Positions 29,260 through 32,000 of a stretch of 32,000 nucleotides of DNA are shown here, one piece after another. The notes beneath the pieces are model-generated. The model was not told the DNA's origin. It saw only the letters and a program-made list of their open reading frames with translations, and did no database searches. Every line of letters starts with the position of its first letter. Position 1 is the stretch's first letter. This DNA comes from an uncultured Erysipelotrichaceae bacterium. Lineage in GTDB: Bacteria; Bacillota_I; Bacilli_A; Erysipelotrichales; Erysipelotrichaceae. The position numbers and the translations under genes were made by a program. The stretch spans positions 90,001 through 122,000 of the forward strand of contig OW818653.1 of the NCBI GenBank assembly GCA_942492995.1, given 5' to 3'.

Positions 29260-29909
29260 TAATAGCACCATCATTATTAAGCATGGATTTTACAAAAACA
29301 TTAACTCAATTAGATGAAATAAAACAAAGTCATGCGACATGGCTTCATTTTGATGTGATGGATGGTCACTTTGTCCCTAACCTTAGTTTTGGTCCAGATA
29401 TCTGTAAACAAATACGTTTAAACAGTGATTTATTTATGGATGTCCATATTATGGTAAGTGATCCAAATACCTTCTCTGACGTGTTTATTGAAGCAGGAGC
29501 GGACTTAATCACATTCCATCTAGAAGCGTGTAAGAACGATGAAGAAGTTATCCAAATTATCGATAAAATTCATGCGAAGAATGTAAAAGTAGGAATATCG
29601 ATCAAACCAAGTACTAATATAAATGAGTTATTACCATTCTTAGATAAAATTGATTTAGTTTTAATCATGAGTGTAAACCCTGGTTATGGGGGTCAATCCT
29701 TTATGTTAAATGCGCTTGATAAAATTAGTTTATTAAGAAATACCATTGATACAAAACACTTAAATGTATTAATCGAAGTAGATGGTGGAATTAATCATGA
29801 AACTGCCAAATTAGTATTAGATGCTGGGGCGGATGTATTAGTTGCGGGCAGTTATATCTTTAAAAATAATATCACTGAAACAATCGAGAAACTATGGAAT
29901 CTGAAGTAA
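29256..29909 (+). CDS. rpe: Ribulose-phosphate 3-epimerase
   Basis: Motifs HFDVMDGHFVPN, MSVNPGYGGQ and VDGG. ATGA overlap with rsgA. Confidence 0.95.
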   Translation: MIIAPSLLSMDFTKTLTQLDEIKQSHATWLHFDVMDGHFVPNLSFGPDICKQIRLNSDLFMDVHIMVSDPNTFSDVFIEAGADLITFHLEACKNDEEVIQIIDKIHAKNVKVGISIKPSTNINELLPFLDKIDLVLIMSVNPGYGGQSFMLNALDKISLLRNTIDTKHLNVLIEVDGGINHETAKLVLDAGADVLVAGSYIFKNNITETIEKLWNLK

Positions 29910-30490
29910 CCTTAGTCTTAAGGGATGTACCATATTATGTAATAGGGGATTGTGTTGGGGTTGAAAAAGGTTCCTTTGCTTTAGTGCGCGATAAACAAAC
30001 TGTTTTATGCGCAATTGGTGATTTTGATTCAGTGAGTGAACTTGAGTACCAATCCATTATTACAAATGTTAAACAAATAATAAAAGTCTCATCCATAAAA
30101 GATGAGACCGATAGTGAATTAGCGATTAAATGGTGTTTAGATCAAGGTTATACACGTATTCATGTCTATGGCGCACTAAATGATCGTTTAGATCATCAAC
30201 ACATTAATCTACAATTAGCGTATAAATACCCAAGTGTTATATTATACGATGCACATAATTACATACAAGCTTTTACAGAAGGTGAATATCGTATAGAGAA
30301 AAATGATTATACCTATTTTTCTGTTTTTACCTATGATACATCTATTATTACACTCAATGGTTTTACGTATCCATTAGACCATTACACAATGGATTATCAT
30401 GAACTAAAAACCGTATCCAATCAATGGATAAAAAAAGATGCACAACTCATTGTGCACCAAGGCAAAGTACTCGTATACCTAACAAGATAA
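29894..30490 (+). CDS. thiN: Thiamine pyrophosphokinase
   Basis: GDFDS and DRLDH motifs and a C-terminal thiamine-binding domain. Its position after rpe matches B. subtilis yloS. Overlaps rpe by 16 nt; the start is not well supported by an SD. Confidence 0.8.
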   Translation: MESEVTLVLRDVPYYVIGDCVGVEKGSFALVRDKQTVLCAIGDFDSVSELEYQSIITNVKQIIKVSSIKDETDSELAIKWCLDQGYTRIHVYGALNDRLDHQHINLQLAYKYPSVILYDAHNYIQAFTEGEYRIEKNDYTYFSVFTYDTSIITLNGFTYPLDHYTMDYHELKTVSNQWIKKDAQLIVHQGKVLVYLTR

Positions 30491-30496
30491 TAAAAA

Positions 30497-30511
30497 AGGA
30501 GTTAGACTCCT
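30497..30511. terminator. Short bidirectional terminator between thiN and rpmB
   Basis: A6-GGAGT-tag-ACTCC-TATTTATT. The stem is only 6 bp, so this is weak. Confidence 0.45.
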
Positions 30512-30516
30512 ATTTA

Positions 30517-30705
30517 TTAAGCTTGTTGGGCTTTTAATGTTTTTAAAGCACGGGCGGAAATACGGATCCGTTGTGGTTTGCCATCCACAACAACTTTAAC
30601 TTTTTGAAGGTTTACATTCCACTTACGACGACTAGCTTGTAGTGAGTGAGAACGTTTATTTCCTGATAATGCTTTTTTACCGCTTACGGCACAAACTCTT
30701 GACAT
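30517..30705 (-). CDS. rpmB: 50S ribosomal protein L28
   Basis: [36 protein letters not shown]... preceded by AAAGGGGG. The ORF-track Met at 30774 is an upstream extension. Confidence 0.95.
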   Translation of the reverse strand: MSRVCAVSGKKALSGNKRSHSLQASRRKWNVNLQKVKVVVDGKPQRIRISARALKTLKAQQA

Positions 30706-30740
30706 ACCGTAGTACCCCCTTTCATTTGAATTGCTTATAA

Positions 30741-30769
30741 AGAATATCATGAAAATAACGACATTGCAA
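30741..30769 (-). promoter_or_regulatory. Candidate rpmB promoter (TTGCAA-N17-TATTCT with upstream TGa)
   Basis: Read on the minus strand: -35 at 30769..30764 and extended -10 at 30749..30741. Confidence 0.45.
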
Positions 30770-30808
30770 GTCATTACATTAAAAAACTTTTTAATAAAAA
30801 AGCCACTA

Positions 30809-30817
30809 TGTTATAAT
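30809..30817 (+). promoter_or_regulatory. Extended -10 (TGtTATAAT) promoter of the FtsA-like gene
   Basis: TGTTATAAT followed by a 26-nt leader containing GAGGAGGGG. Confidence 0.55.
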
Positions 30818-30843
30818 GATAAAGAAGTTGAGGAGGGGCGACA

Positions 30844-32000
30844 ATGAACGAACAAGATGTCCAAGTTGGACTCGAAATAGCTGACCATGAAATACGCCTC
30901 GTAGTGGGTCAGTTTTTTAATACACGACTAAATATATTAAAGGTTGAACGTGTTCTTTCCTCGGGAATACACAACGCACAAATCGTTGATCAAGCTGCTG
31001 TTATTCAAAAAATAGTGTCCGCAGTTAAACATGTCGAAGAGAATTTAGGGTTATCGATTGAACGTGTTATCTTATCACTACCAAGTGTTGGCTTAGCGCG
31101 TTATGTAAGACGAATCAACGTTCCGATTGAAGAACGTGTAACACTACGTGATATTAAAACTGTTTATAAAGAAGCGCTTCGTACAGAATTACCTGAACAT
31201 CAAGCTTTAGTTAATTTAGCGATTACGAAATCATTGGTTAATGGAATTACGATGCGTAAACTTCCGATTAATGAAGTATGTGATTCTTTGGCTGTAGATG
31301 TGGATTTACTCTGTGCGGATAAAGAAATGGTTTATCGATATGTACAAACCGTAGAAAAAGCGGGTTTACAAGTATCTGAAATAAGTCTAGATAGTTTTGC
31401 GATGGGTAAAGAAGCATCGTTATTTGAAAAATCTCTTGAGCAACATCTCATTGCGGTTAAAGTAGAGCGTCAAACAACAAGTTTAAGCTTATTCGCAAAA
31501 GGTAAACTAGTGAGTACAGAAACCATTAATTTGGGTTCTAAACAAATTATTAGCGCAATGGTGAATCGATTTAATTTACCAATTGATATAGCAGATCGTT
31601 TATTACACATGAATGCACGTTTTGGATTAGATCATTATCCAAATACACCTATCTATTTATGGTCTACGGATGGTAAAACGCACACCTTAAGTGAAGAAGA
31701 TTTGATGAATGTGATTCAACCGATCTTAAATGTATGGATTGATGAAATAAAATCAACTATTTCACCAATTTTAGAGACATCTAATGCTAAAATAGTATTA
31801 TTCGGTGAGTCCGGAGAAATAAATGGATTTGATCAACTGTTAGCGCAAACGTGTAAATGCGAATGTGAATTGTACATTCCTGAGACATTGGGTGTACGCT
31901 CATCTGCGCTTGCGAGTGTGACAGGATTATTCTATGTGCTTAAGGACCAAACGCCACTTCGTGAATTTCTTGCGGGTGTGGATATGGGATTATTTAATCA
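30844..32000 (+). CDS. FtsA-like actin-fold (ASKHA) protein, 3'-truncated by the window end
   Basis: Not in the ORF track because it runs off the window. GAGGAGGGG-N4-ATG at 30844, and the frame stays open to nt 32000 (MNEQDVQVGLEIADHEIRLVVGQ...). It looks collinear with FtsA, but the nucleotide-binding motifs are substituted. Confidence 0.75.
   Translation, partial: MNEQDVQVGLEIADHEIRLVVGQFFNTRLNILKVERVLSSGIHNAQIVDQAAVIQKIVSAVKHVEENLGLSIERVILSLPSVGLARYVRRINVPIEERVTLRDIKTVYKEALRTELPEHQALVNLAITKSLVNGITMRKLPINEVCDSLAVDVDLLCADKEMVYRYVQTVEKAGLQVSEISLDSFAMGKEASLFEKSLEQHLIAVKVERQTTSLSLFAKGKLVSTETINLGSKQIISAMVNRFNLPIDIADRLLHMNARFGLDHYPNTPIYLWSTDGKTHTLSEEDLMNVIQPILNVWIDEIKSTISPILETSNAKIVLFGESGEINGFDQLLAQTCKCECELYIPETLGVRSSALASVTGLFYVLKDQTPLREFLAGVDMGLFN

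Overview
This is 32 kb of a low-GC Bacillota-type chromosome. It uses the standard genetic code: TGA acts as a stop, including in several ATGA stop/start overlaps. The lineage is walled (SEDS protein, PASTA kinase). Almost everything is tightly packed housekeeping.

Gene content in order:
- leuS 3' part, then a metallophosphoesterase (-) and a LiaF-like membrane protein.
- The def-rnj operon (-).
- FtsW/RodA-family gene, rsmD and coaD.
- A CIRCE-controlled hrcA-grpE-dnaK-dnaJ operon with clpB directly appended.
- A three-gene operon: UPF0104 membrane protein, lipoprotein, DUF45 Zn-peptidase.
- rqcH (-).
- gmk, priA-rsmB, then rlmN-stp-prkC-rsgA-rpe-thiN. This resembles the B. subtilis ylo region but is compacted.
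- rpmB (-) and a truncated FtsA-like gene.

I found no rRNA, tRNA, CRISPR array, transposase or integrase.

The only accessory-looking block is about 8.03-10.0 kb. It is an AT-richer, loosely packed islet with two uncharacterised genes, a 5-TM membrane protein and an immunity-protein-like soluble protein. This is the best candidate for an undescribed system, but I cannot assign it a function from sequence alone.

Other observations:
- Five genes have a -10 box 6-8 nt from an SD-less ATG, which suggests leaderless mRNAs.
- Twin hairpins carrying compensatory substitutions lie between leuS and its convergent neighbour.
- Two CIRCE operators bracket the hrcA promoter.
- The FtsA-like protein has all its nucleotide-binding motifs substituted.
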